A stretch of 62,675 bases of DNA, the filler included, from Sphacelaria rigidula (Eukaryota): NCBI GenBank assembly GCA_964200075.2. It is 8 parts of 8 records of this genome, joined end to end, with 100 filler letters (N's around TTAATTAATTAA, not from the genome) between each part and the next. Parts side by side here need not be neighbours in the genome. Positions count along the whole stretch, not along the records: positions 1 to 7,748 come from CAXNAA020013583.1; positions 7,849 to 15,596 come from CAXNAA020013584.1; 6 more parts are not named here. One strand, given 5' to 3'. Position 1 is the first letter of the stretch; each line of letters begins with the position of its first letter. Below, piece after piece: positions 1 to 11,100 of the stretch. Position numbers and translations under genes: made by a program. The notes under the pieces are model-generated. The model searched no databases. It saw only the letters and a program-made list of their open reading frames with translations, and was not told the origin of the DNA.

Positions 1-489
1 AGACGTAGGCTCGCCTTTCCAATACTGTCCCTGCTACTCCTTACCAGACACATTACCAAAACAAAGAAAAAAATATTACCAACACAGGGTCAACTGTCAA
101 CTGACCCTGTGTTGTTGGGAGGTCGGTCCCAGAAGGGTTAATAGCGAGTGTCCTGTAAACATGAAGGTTCACTTAGGAAGCTTGTGCATTATTTCTGAAA
201 CCGACCTCTACCCCGTGCGAACCGTGCTGCCCGGTATCCTACAAAGCGCACACCGACCCGTAGCTCTTGATCAACGGTGTATGATGGAGCATGATATACG
301 TTTTCAGTATCGGATCCAACTACGAGCTGGGCCAGCTTCAAAGCAGCCAAACGTAGTCCACACTACAGCTCTCCCAGTTTCCCGAATGAACCCGATGTAA
401 GCATATCACTGTGAAGTGCAGACCAAACTGGTAACACACGGCACCGCCGATGAATGAAGAAAAAAAATGAAAAAAAATGTGCTGCAAAA

Positions 490-600
490 CATACAACCTT
501 AACGGGGGTCGACAAAAAAAGAGAATCCGTCGGGATTCGAACCCATGACCTCCATAATTGGAGTTTCCCATCACTTGAATTGTAGGCGGCTGTGTCACAC
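490..600 (-). mobile_element. tRNA-derived SINE-like head (degenerate)
   Basis: Minus strand reads GGAGGTCATGGGTTCGAATCCCGACGG (Pol III B box / T-arm) followed by a T-run. A box is poor and there is no full cloverleaf. Confidence 0.5.
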
Positions 601-724
601 GAAAAGTGCGATGCCCCGCCCAATTCGACGACTCTTGAGCTAAAATCTCACGAAGACCTTCTGCACCCAAGAAAATGATACACTGCGGGAGCAGCTGCAG
701 ATTCTCGTGTTTTTCGTGGACTTA

Positions 725-1540
725 GGCCGGATGTGATGGCAACAGATCCTTGGTCCACAGATTTTTGAATTCTGGTGAAACAAATCCGCGGCCCATTTGG
801 TTTCGGGAACGATATTATGGCAGCACACAGATTTTCATACCATACTGTTCTGATTTGTATACCTCCACCAGGGTTTCGAGTTTTATGTTGAGCGTGTTTC
901 AACAGCTCACAGTCCCGAGGTATCTCGTGTGTTGTGGCGTGCTGTAGTAATGTAGCGTCACTGCCGCAGAGAGGTCATCACCACCCCACTAACATCAGTG
1001 CCGGTTCTTTCGAGCACATAAATAATCGACCATGCCCCCCTCGTTGCTGCTAAAGTTGAATCCTTCATCGAAGGATTGCCGAACTACCCGCCAGATAGCG
1101 ACAGTCCGCGTCACATGTCTACTCTCTCAACGTCTTTGCACTGCTTTGGCCAGGAGACCGACGAATAAGGCGTGTCGTATTTGTCTCGTACACGCGAAGC
1201 TGGCTCCATGACGCATCGGCTGCGGCGTGTGGTTGTTTCGTGTGTTGTTGGTTGTTGTCGACAGGATCACTCACAAAGGCGCAGCCAGCACGCCGACACA
1301 TCCAAGAAAAACGCGGCGTGACCCCATTATGATGGTCTGCCGACCAAAACGCAAAAATATGTGTAAAAGTCTGTGCTTGCCGACCCCCGCCAGTTTGCCC
1401 AAAAATCTGTGGGATTCGGGCCCCGAATCTTGGCCATGGATTTTTTCACCCAAAATTTCGATAAATCTGTACCCATAACATGGGTGTCACACGAATTTTG
1501 AAGATCCAGGGCCGAAGATCTGTTGCCATAACATCCGGCC
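725..1540. mobile_element. PIF/Harbinger (Tourist-like) MITE, 816 bp
   Basis: 24-bp TIRs GGCCGGATGTGATGGCAACAGATC / GATCTGTTGCCATAACATCCGGCC (1 mismatch), flanked by TTA TSD at 722-724 and 1541-1543. Confidence 0.85.
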
Positions 1541-2789
1541 TTATGACCTTATCTTGCTTTTGCTGAAATCTCAAATTCCCACAAGTCTTTTTTTTTATAT
1601 ATATGCTGCTGTCGTGATGTTCTGCATGTCAATCATAACAAGCTTCCGTCAAAATTTAGCGTCCAACTCCTGATATTACGCAGTGCGTCGCCTGAGCGAG
1701 AAACTACCCATTGTTGCCTAGCCCAGCTCGTAGACCTGAATGAGAACCGATATTCTCCACTGTTATGGTGCAGCCGAGGCAATGAAGGGCAGTCAAATGC
1801 ACCCGTTTTTTACGTGTAATTCCGGACGTCTTGCCCATCCACAACATCGCGAATCGACTTCGTGAACTTATTCCTTGTAACTGAGGTACACCCATCTATA
1901 GACCAAAGTGCGCCCGTGCATGGGCGGTGTACGGGCGGTGTCAAGCACGGCTGTACAGCCAGGTGTGCCTACCGTTGGGAGATAAAGATATCAGACCTTT
2001 ATATTTGCATCTGCTCACGGTGCATGGAATATTTTCTGTGTTGTAGGACCGATTTGTATGGCAGCCAATCCCGAATCTGGCAGGGCACGAATCTGTGCCA
2101 AATCGGGGGGACCCAGATTCGTGAGACTCAGATTCGTGTGTACCCCTGTGTGGCTTCACAGATTTGTTGAAATTGTTCTGTACACGAACGGTCATTTCCT
2201 GGGCGGATGTGGTATCACAGTCAAGCCGAAGAACAGGCAGGCAAGATATCATCCTTCAAGAGCAGCGTCTTACCGTGGTACCCTAGGGTATAATGCAGTG
2301 TAGTACTGCACAATCACAGTACACGATAATGCCGTGTGGCAATACATGATGGTACAGTCGGTATTGCGAGAAGAGTGCACAGTGTGCGACAAACGATCAC
2401 GAGAGCAGTGTCATTCATCACCCTGCAAGTACAGCGACAGCAGAGTGTAGGATACAGTAGTACAGTACCGTTCGTTATGATGATACATGCAATAGTATAG
2501 TGTAGCATTAAACCTTGCCCTCGCCGCAGGGTACGGCGTCAACACTTCTTATCCGCTATCGATCCCCGTACGGCACCGCTCCAGCAACCGGCGCTCGCAG
2601 GCACGGTCTGTGCTGTCACGAGACTGTCTGCTGCTGTTGTTGCGAAAATATCAAACGCCTGTTGCCCTATCACCCTACGTCAACATACGCACGTCACTTC
2701 CTACAGATTCAGGGGACCTCGATTGAAGTGAGTTCACCACGTGGGAGGGTGAAAAATTTCCCATAAATTTATAACTTCGAAAAAACTTT

Positions 2790-2960
2790 AACACTAACAC
2801 TAACCCTAAATCTAACCCCAACCCCAACGAAGGCACACCGATAACCCTCGGGCGAGAGAGGGGAGAGTATGGCCTAGGCCAAGGGTGCGTTGCCAGACCT
2901 AAAATCGGCGCCCCAGGCGCCGATTTCGACACAAACGCGTTCTGTGCAAGCTAGGAGCAC
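2790..2960 (+). repeat. Dispersed ~160-bp element: degenerate (CCCTAA)n head plus GC-rich hairpins, copy 1
   Basis: ACACTAACCCTAAATCTAACCCC head, then AAGGCACACCGATAACCCTCGGGC and a perfect 11-bp hairpin AAATCGGCGCC-cca-GGCGCCGATTT (2902-2926). Homologous to 59370-59518 and 59780-59940. Confidence 0.8.
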
Positions 2961-3049
2961 GCTTGGAGCATAGCCCCTTGAAATATCCGGATTTCGCTGT
3001 TCACACTGAAATCAAGTCCAACTATCTGAGAAATCATCACCCCCCCAAG

Positions 3050-3144
3050 AGCCTGGTCCGGCGAAAACCCGGCGTGCTCCGTCCCGGCATTGTAGGGATG
3101 CGAGGTCAATGGTCTGATGACTATGGCATGCATGACCATGAGTA
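3050..3144 (+). mobile_element. 5'-truncated LINE 3'-end insertion (~95 bp)
   Basis: GGGATGCGAGGTCAATGGTC...ATGAGTA matches the 3' terminus of the LINE at 27010 (minus). Flanked by a CAC(C)nAAG duplication (3038-3049 / 3145-3157). Confidence 0.75.
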
Positions 3145-4558
3145 CACCCCCCCCAAGTGGTCAAGTATACTGCCTCGATTTCCCACGGATCTGCGCTGAT
3201 TCGTGTAAAACCGTTATCAAATTCTGACAAACGAATCTGAGCATGCCCGATCTAGGCCAAAGTGGGGCCCATACGATGCGTTTCCGGATCCCAGGTCCCC
3301 CGATCTACGTACAGATCCGTTTTTGTGACTGCCATAAAATACGGTCTAACTTGCTCATACCAAGTTTCCGTCCGTTTCTTCCGTCGTATTCCTGCACGGA
3401 CTAAAATCGGTATGCATCAAAAAGTGAAGAGAGTCGGATCAGACTCGTTCCCGCCCCAAAAAATATAGTGAAGACACACCCTGAACCTTCGTGATATCTG
3501 ACGGCCATTTCATCCGAGTGAAGATGATGTGAATTTAATACGTACACGAGAGGAGTAGCTTGAGGGTTACTGTCACGACAACCTCTCGCTCTTTTGATGG
3601 AGATGCGAACGGGCAAGCATAGAACTGCTGCCGACTGTCGGGCGGCCATTCCCGCGACCCGTGTGCAATGTTTCCAGCGCTGTGTTTATTGTTGGTTCGC
3701 TTTCGGAAGCGCGATGAAAACGGCGGGGATGGCGACAAATGTGGGCTACATGTGTGTGTGTAGAGACTGGCCTTCGCAATCGATATTGTCGAAATTCTAC
3801 ACTACTTTTTAGGCGTCCGTTTTCGATGATGGACAAGTTTTTTTTGCTCGCTTGTGCTGATGGGCAAGTTTTGCTACGATTTTTTGCGTAACGTTCGCTC
3901 GAGCGGTTCGGTCATAGCACGCATATTATGGGTACGCTCGCGTGTGTTCCTTTGCAAATTACGCCACATCTCGAACATTGACTTGATCTGCTGACCGCGG
4001 TGCCTGGCCCTCTATTTCCGCCCGCTTGCATCTATCGCTTGCGTTTTGTAGCAAACGCAGGCGGTCCTGCGCCGACGAAGTACCCAAAGCTCGTCCTCTC
4101 CCACCGCCTTCGTCGGTGCGACGAGCAGAGCCACCGTGACGCCACGACGGCCGACGGTTGCAGCTGCCCTCCTGGAGATGAGCCAAGGCACACCGCGACG
4201 CTTGATCAGGTGATGCGGTTGATACCCACGCCAGATCTCTCGTCGCGTGGTTGCATAGAGAATCCACGACGTATGTTCGCTCTCGCTCGGGGGTTTGGTG
4301 CTCCTACAAGAATATGCCGTTCGAGTTTCCCGACCTATCTTGAACCTTTGAACCTCGTTGTTCTAAGTACCCACTTTGTTTTTTAGGGAGACATTGTGGG
4401 CTCTGTTTCCATCGACGCTAATGGCGTGTTCTTTAAGCAAAAAGCAGCATGCACAAGATAACGTAGACGTGTCCAACCCGTTACATGACTACATCACCAC
4501 GCACCACGGAAGAACGAACGAACGAGCAAAAGACCAGGGGCACCCACTAAAAGGCACT

Positions 4559-4581
4559 TACGGCATGCATGATCATGAGTA
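4559..4581 (+). mobile_element. 23-bp LINE 3'-terminal micro-insertion
   Basis: TACGGCATGCATGATCATGAGTA between perfect 14-bp direct repeats CACTAAAAGGCACT (4545-4558 / 4582-4595). Same terminus as the 3050-3144 and 47084-47150 copies. Confidence 0.8.
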
Positions 4582-4589
4582 CACTAAAA

Positions 4590-5036
4590 GGCACTAACAG
4601 TGAAATACACGCGGCCCGCCAAAATAGGAGTTCCAGCGTTTGGGTATGTAACCATTCAATTTTGCTGGAAAACCTATGGCCATGCGTACGCGCCCTTTTC
4701 TTTGCATTTATTGTGCCAATCAACACACGTTCGGGATGATGCGTTCGAAAATAGGCCATTCCGTTGGATTTCGGCCCATTTTTTTCATCGTGTTGGTCTT
4801 GGTCTTAGACGATCGAAAAACTGCCCTCTTGAAGTCTCATACAATTCCACGACTCGTGTTACCTCTGGTCCAAAGTAAGGTTGTCGCATGTATGCTGGTT
4901 GACACAAGAAACCGAGTGAAAAGAGCTTGTCCGCATGGCCACGAGCTTTCCAGCGAAGATGAATGGTTACATACCCATAATACCCATACGTTGAAATTCG
5001 AGATTAGGCGAATCGCGTGCCTTCATCTTTTGATAC
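4590..5036. mobile_element. Old MITE with ~140-bp imperfect TIRs
   Basis: 4600-4730 is the diverged reverse complement of 4890-5030, e.g. GGGTATGTAACCATTCA / TGAATGGTTACATACCC. Confidence 0.65.
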
Positions 5037-5657
5037 CACCCCCGAGTTTGCTCAACACTAGCACGAAATTGATGAAAATCTTGCTCAGGACTGGTGGAAA
5101 TCTGGGTTCGAAGAGGGTGGGCCGCGCTTTCACAGTTTATGAATGCCCGATACCATGTTCTTAACATCAACTCCTCCTCGAGCTCCCCCCTCAAGAACAT
5201 TGTCTGAGCCCTTACGAAGAGCAACGCTACAATTTTACTACAGAAGTTGATTCATCAAACCCTCGTTCATTATTCGTCCTCTCACAATAACCCGCTGAAA
5301 GTGCAGGAGTCAAGACGGCACACGCACTCAAACCATCCCTTTACTAACTGTACCCGTCCGAAACGCAAACATCCCTCCTCCGCGTTGCCTCGCTTCTTTG
5401 CGCTCCACTCTCCTCAGGGATCTCATCGGGGGTGTGGGGACCGGCGTGGTTGCGGGCTCGGCCCAACCCTTGATAGCGCAGCAGCGGGAGCGGTTCGTAC
5501 CCCACGTGGAAAAAGTAGCAGAGAGCGTGGAGGAAGAGACTCCTAGGAGGTTTATCAAGGGCATCGTTGGGGACACGACACGGCCAGCTGCTGAGGAAGA
5601 CCCTAGTACTATCACCATGTCCGAATCGGCCTCGGGCAAGTCGCGTTCTTTCCCGTC

Positions 5658-5730
5658 AGCTGCTGCTGCTGCTGCTGCTGCGGCCGCCGCGGCGGCCGCA
5701 GCTGCGGCGGCTTCGGCGGCGTCGGCGGGT
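5658..5730. repeat. (GCT/GCG)n trinucleotide low-complexity tract
   Basis: Direct inspection; yields poly-Ala ORFs on both strands. Confidence 0.85.
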
Positions 5731-7748
5731 GGTACGACTGAGGCTTCTCTGGAATCGAAGCCAGACCGCGGGGGGTGTATGGTGTGCACTTGCGCGGATT
5801 CCAGGGCACAAGACCAACCCATGGTGAGACACCTAGCCGTGACTGCCACTTTTTGTGGTCTGGGATGGTTGATTTTCTGCCGGACGGTAGCGAAGTTTGC
5901 TGCTTCGGTGGCTGACTCTTGGCGCGCGACAGTAGTGCCCATGGCTACGTTTGTGAAAAAAAAAAAGGATTTGTATCGTCGTTGGGGTAGCGTAGAGTTT
6001 GATCGCCAGTCGATGTGGTGAAACACACCTGGCTCGCTGAAGTGAGTGTGACACGTGTCGCCGTAACAGGGTAGGACGCTACCTGAGTGCGAGTTTCTGC
6101 TCTGTGCTGGTATGTGGCAAATGAGAGTCGCCATCTCGGTTCTAAGGGAGCAACAGCGGGGATGCGGGGTTGCGTGCCAATATCCGCCGTTTCGACATCG
6201 AGCCGAAAACGTGCGAACGTGGTTTGACGTTTCAGGAGACACAGACGCTTTGAAAAGTATGTTGTGGCGGTACTGAGCGTTGTTTTGACGGGTGCGCTGC
6301 ATCGTGCTGTTCAAGCTTAGTTGAAGGCATAACGTGCGGCCTGAGTTGAACAATGTCAAACAAGGAGCAAGAACGAACGTGAGCGGCCCTACTCGATATG
6401 AGGTCGCACTTTTTTTTGTTTGCATCATTACCCACGGGCATCTTTCACACCGATATTACACCGCGCCGCTTTGTGATGCCTTCAGATTTCGAAGCCCGAG
6501 GAACAGGAAACTGCGGCCGCAAACATCACTAACCCGGCGATGCCCCACCCAAGTGCCATGGAACGCAAGCCCGTGTTTTCCCCTGCCCGAATTGGACAAG
6601 GGATTCTCAAGGCTGCACTTATCATCAACTATATCGTGTTGTTTTGTGGAGCTGTGTTCATGGTCGTTCTGTTTCTCTCTATGTTGTGCGCCGGGCCTAA
6701 GCTGGTTGCCCCTATTTATTGAAGTGTGGAGTGAGAGTGCGCGCGGGGCCGGGGGCGGGGGTAAGATCACAAAGTCCCTGGGTTCTCATTTTTCAGCAGG
6801 GTTGTGGTCGCTAAATAAAGGGCTGGCAATTCGAATCACTTTATGATTTTTTGTTTCAAAAATGTGATGCCTGGTCTATATCTGTACTGAAGAGGAGCTG
6901 TTTCGAACCTAGGTTCTCTTGATGTTGGTGTTACACTCTTGCACAACTCTTTTATTGCGGGAGTCTTGGGACCATGGGTTTAATTTAGAGTTCTTTGATA
7001 ATGAAAGCGACCGATTGTTTCACGGGGTGTTGTTTTTGTCTCACTTTTGATTCAGCGTGTGCTTTGCAAACCTGAAGAAACAGCACACTTTAAAATAACG
7101 TGTGTGTTGGAGGTGTTAAAGTGTTGGGGTGTTGTGGTGGAGTGGGGTTGACGGAGTGAAAATATGATGCGTTTTGGAGTGGGGGGGTCAAGACGACGAG
7201 CCTAGAGTACTTGGAAGCAAACAACAGAAAATGCGTACAAATAGTAGTATAGTGTATGAGAACGTTATTCAAGCATCACGGTGGAAGCTCATGTTCAAAA
7301 GTTGGGCCAGATTATTGAACGTTTTTGCAGCTTTAGTCAGCATCATTAATGGTTACAGTTGTCAAGAGCCAGGAGGGGGGGTAAGTAGGATGTAGTCGGC
7401 GCATCGCGGTCGAGATACGAGCTCTGCATTTGGAGTGCGGTGTGCTTTGTCGGAAGTATTATAGAGGATTGGCGTTGATATCGCTTAGGGAGGTATAACC
7501 GGAAGCATGTGTCGGGAGTGGGCACATGAAATGTAAAGCGCCTGTGTCGCTACAGCCCATGGCCTACCTTCAGCTTAGAACAGGAAGTTGCGGCAGCTTT
7601 GTACTGTAGAGTACTGTAGCAGCGGTATCTTGTCTCATGTTGGCTGAGATGTAAGGGCGTGCGGTAATATGTAGGAAGGCTGAGGACCGACGCCCGGATG
7701 GGTAGGGTGACTCGTGTACAGAGTCGAGCTAGGGGACATTGTAGGAGG

Positions 7749-7848
7749 NNNNNNNNNNNNNNNNNNNNNNNNNNNNNNNNNNNNNNNNNNNNTTAATTAA
7801 TTAANNNNNNNNNNNNNNNNNNNNNNNNNNNNNNNNNNNNNNNNNNNN
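7749..7848. other. Artificial contig linker (44 N + TTAATTAATTAA + 44 N); also at 15597-15696, 23445-23544, 31292-31391, 39138-39237, 46984-47083, 54830-54929
   Basis: Seven identical 100-bp spacers with all-frame stops. The segments they separate run 7748, 7748, 7748, 7747, 7746, 7746, 7746, 7746 bp, as expected of size-sorted contigs. Confidence 0.98.
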
Positions 7849-7859
7849 ATGAAGCGCCT

Positions 7860-8010
7860 CATATTGGCGGCATTGGCTAGAACGAACCCAAACGTGGGAA
7901 TTCCCGGCTTCTCGTTGTGCTCGGTTTTTCCCATTTCGATTTACGTGAACATTTTGCCTCCAAAAACCATGCAATTTTTTTTTGGGGGGGGGGTATCGTA
8001 GAAAGTGTAG
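7860..8010 (+). repeat. Dispersed repeat fragment, also at 26575-26722
   Basis: Shared CTCGTTGTGC...ATTTCGATTT...ATTTTGCCTCC...GGGGG(T)TATCGT(A/G)GAAAGTG. Confidence 0.7.
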
Positions 8011-8871
8011 CCAGAGTCGCAGTTTCTTATCCGAGTTGACCCCCTTCGTGATACCATTTTTTTTTTCTGGTTGATTTATCATCTTGCGGAAGCGAGTAAC
8101 GCCTATTTCTCAGGGACTGCCTTACCGTACACGAAAGTCTCATATTATTTGACATTATTTGCTACTGGCGAATATCTGAGCTCGTTGGTAGCGAACAAAC
8201 TACTCAGCAACGTGAGACCCATACCTTCCATTTATATGAAGATTGGTTGAAGCGACAGACTGCCCAACTGGCTACACGTCCGTGTCAAGGCACGGGCATA
8301 CCGTGTGCACACGGCTGAGCTCATCAGTGGCAGGATATCTACAGCTTACGATGATTCCGATAACTACTTCGCTCTGATACAGCTGCGCGTCCGCCCACCA
8401 CAGTGCAGTTTGACCATAAACTTCAAAATTAGTGGTCCATCACGTGTCTCCGTCTGTCTGCCTCTTCAGCGGTCGCGCGCGAACTGTCTGTGTATCAGAT
8501 ATAGGAGCAAGGTACGTTTTGCCGCTGATCGAGTACCTCACGTAGCAGTGGTACGTACTACGGTAGCTCGAGGGGCATCTACGCTGTGCAGGGGTACATA
8601 CCGTGATTTTGTCAGACAATGATGAGTATCCGCTCGTAGTATGTGAAGGTATTTACCGTCGTTGATTCTTACGAGTAGGTGAGTCGACTTCTCAGTGAAG
8701 CAAGGAAGTCAGTACGTGGAGGCTGGTGGCAATTCAAAATTGTCCGACCACCACTAGACTACTGGATGGCATTTTGTCTTGTGTGTGTGTGTTCATAGTT
8801 TTGAAAATAACGTGTGTACTTTCCAGTGGGTCTTTTCCGAAGGAAACAGAAATAGTGCAGCACAGACTCAC

Positions 8872-9076
8872 CGAGCGCACACTAGTGGGCAAGCGAAGTC
8901 ATGCCCTTCTCGAAATTTGTTGGTGCACGCTCGCCCCATTTTTGGGCGCGGCAAGGCCCGTACATACAGCTTGCACGCAGGCAGAGGGTCCAGGTTCATC
9001 TTGAGCTTGAGGCAAAGCGTCTCACAGCGAGCATGTCGCTCATCTACGCAAACAAGGTCATCCACAAACGACGTTT
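8872..9076 (-). CDS. Candidate internal exon of a Cys-rich protein of unknown function
   Basis: Acceptor CGCAG| and strong donor |GTGAGT bound an open frame ETSFVDDLVCVDERHARCETLCLKLKMNLDPLPACKLYVRALPRPKMGRACTNKFREGHDFACPLVCA. Confidence 0.6.
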
Positions 9077-10261
9077 CTGCGTTTTCGAGCGAAGCATAGC
9101 AGTAGGGTAATAGAAATACGAGTACTAATACAAAACCCAACCGGCTGGGGACGAGCGACTCCATTGAGCGAAGCCGGGCTTAAGCTGAGGCGTGATCTCC
9201 TTGGATCTCGGAGTACGACTTTTAGCCAGCTGATCGTGACAATATTAGATTATGACCTGTAGTGATATACACGAGCGCAGAGACAAGTACCCACGTGATG
9301 TGAAAGCGAGAGAGGCAGGATGACAGGTGGAGGAGGGCGCACGTTCTTATCTGCGGGTTTACCTTTCGTGGCCTTCATCGTAGGAGGTTCTTACATGTTG
9401 TCAAAGGTAAAGCATATACACAACCTCATCGCTCGTGCAGCGCAGTGAACAGCTGCAAAATAGAGCCAGTGCCGCACAGAATTTTGTACGATTACGTTTT
9501 GCCTCAGCACACTTGCTCGTCCTAGTATTAGAGACTACAGACAGTTCAATCGTGAAGTATGGCCCACAGACCACATTGAAATGGCAAATATCATTCCTAT
9601 TCTGAGGAAATGTTCGGCTTTTGTCTTTGGTGGAGTGATGCTCCACCCGTCGAAACCTGAATCAGATGAAGGCTCTCGTTCACGACATAAAGTTAACTTT
9701 TTCATGTTCTAAGGGTACCTTTTCAGCTGACCGCTTGACCGTCAGCTGCGTCTCGGAACAGTTTTTGCATGCTGACAGTCCAGAGGCTCCCAGGGATTTC
9801 CACGGCGGGTGTGGTTTTATTATGAAGGAGTAGGATTTCCCACATCACTAGGAAGCTTGCGAGTCAACCATGCGTGTTTTCAGGAAATGTTTACTTCGAA
9901 GATAGAAAAAAAGTCAAATCCCGCTCAGAGGCAAGGAGGAGCGGTCGTCGGACCAACGGAAAACAGCGAAACGAGGGCTATGTTCCGTTACACACTGCCT
10001 AATGTTGCCCGTCGGTAGCAAAGAGTTTTTTTAATAATTTGTGGGGGACAACGAGGGAAATTTCATCAAGTGCTTTGTGGAACCGTCTTGTCAATTCCAT
10101 ATTGTTTTTCGGGGAAGGGACCGCCCAAATTGTTTCAAGGGTGCTGCTTCAATAACACTAGGAGACTGAGCGCGCACACAGGAGCAGCTTACACGTACAC
10201 AATGAGGAGCGCCGGCACACTATCGTACGGTGAACAATGGTCACTTGTTATTTTCCGCCCT

Positions 10262-10512
10262 GGGGATCTAATGGTGTAGCGTACCCTACCCAATGATTTC
10301 GGGAAAATGCGGGTTCAATCCAGGGCAAATACATTTGGCATTTTCCCGAAAGTACCTGATTCCCGTCGATGAAACGTGAGAGTGTGAGTGGCAGAAAGGC
10401 CTTGGTTGACGAGAGTCGACGCGGTGCAACGGTGCTGAGTCAATCCGCGATACCAAATTGCAAAGCGTGTGCCGGGAGAGAATTAAACCACGAAGTCGTC
10501 CCGAGGATGGGG
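10262..10512 (+). mobile_element. tRNA-derived SINE, family B variant
   Basis: A-box-like TGGTGTAGCG and B box GGTTCAATCC. Its 3' part (GTGCTGA...TCCGCGA...TGCAA...ACCACG...GTCCCGAGGA) matches 22021-22318. Confidence 0.65.
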
Positions 10513-11002
10513 GGGGGGGGGCTAAAATGTGCCCACGTGTGCCCCCCCGCCAGAAGAGGTACAATATCACATACAACAAAGCACAAATCGGTACAGGTAC
10601 AGTTGAACAGGTAATAACCGAGAAAAACACATCCGCCTGCCCCGAAAGTACGCAGATGGGGAAAATACTGCCAGAGAGGTTTGTGGGATACATCTTGTCT
10701 GAGCATTCCGGCAGTGCGTTGCGACAGCCAGAGTGTAGCACCAGTTGCAGTACATGGATCCGATGAGATCGTACTTGATGGCACATGTGAACACTTGGCA
10801 AGGTAAAAAGTCCATTTGTTCACTGGCTACATTGGTATGGGTTGTTAAGGCACCGATTCCTACACAAACGTTCAACATCCATCTGCTCCTGGAAGTAGGC
10901 ATGTTTCATTTCATTGGTTTGATCCCAATTCCTGCCTACGCTATGTTCCGCAATCTGGAGGGGGATGGTGGCCAAATAGTTACAGGTACCAATACACGTT
11001 AA

Positions 11003-11100
11003 CCCTTGGACCGCGAGATTAGTCTTTCTGGATCATGCATACTTTTTTTCACTTGAAATTGATGCCGATTCAACAGAAGACTAACCTCGCGGTCTAAGGG
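11003..11100. mobile_element. piggyBac-type MITE, 98 bp
   Basis: TTAA TSD on both sides; TIRs CCCTTGGACCGCGAGATTAGTCTT / AAGACTAACCTCGCGGTCTAAGGG. Confidence 0.9.

Noticed and set aside
3105..3145. Hammerhead ribozyme (CTGATGA at 3114; GATGAGTCCGTG at 39251)
   Set aside because: No correctly placed GAAA core or stems, and CTGATGA is not conserved in sister copies.
5328..6428. 366-aa minus ORF and 207-aa plus ORF
   Set aside because: Held open largely by a GC-rich poly-Ala tract. No domain or confident splice structure, though part could be an exon.
7749..7848. Regular ~7.85-kb periodicity and TTAATTAATTAA motif
   Set aside because: Assembly linker between size-sorted contigs; not biological, and no cross-linker synteny or gene cluster can be claimed.
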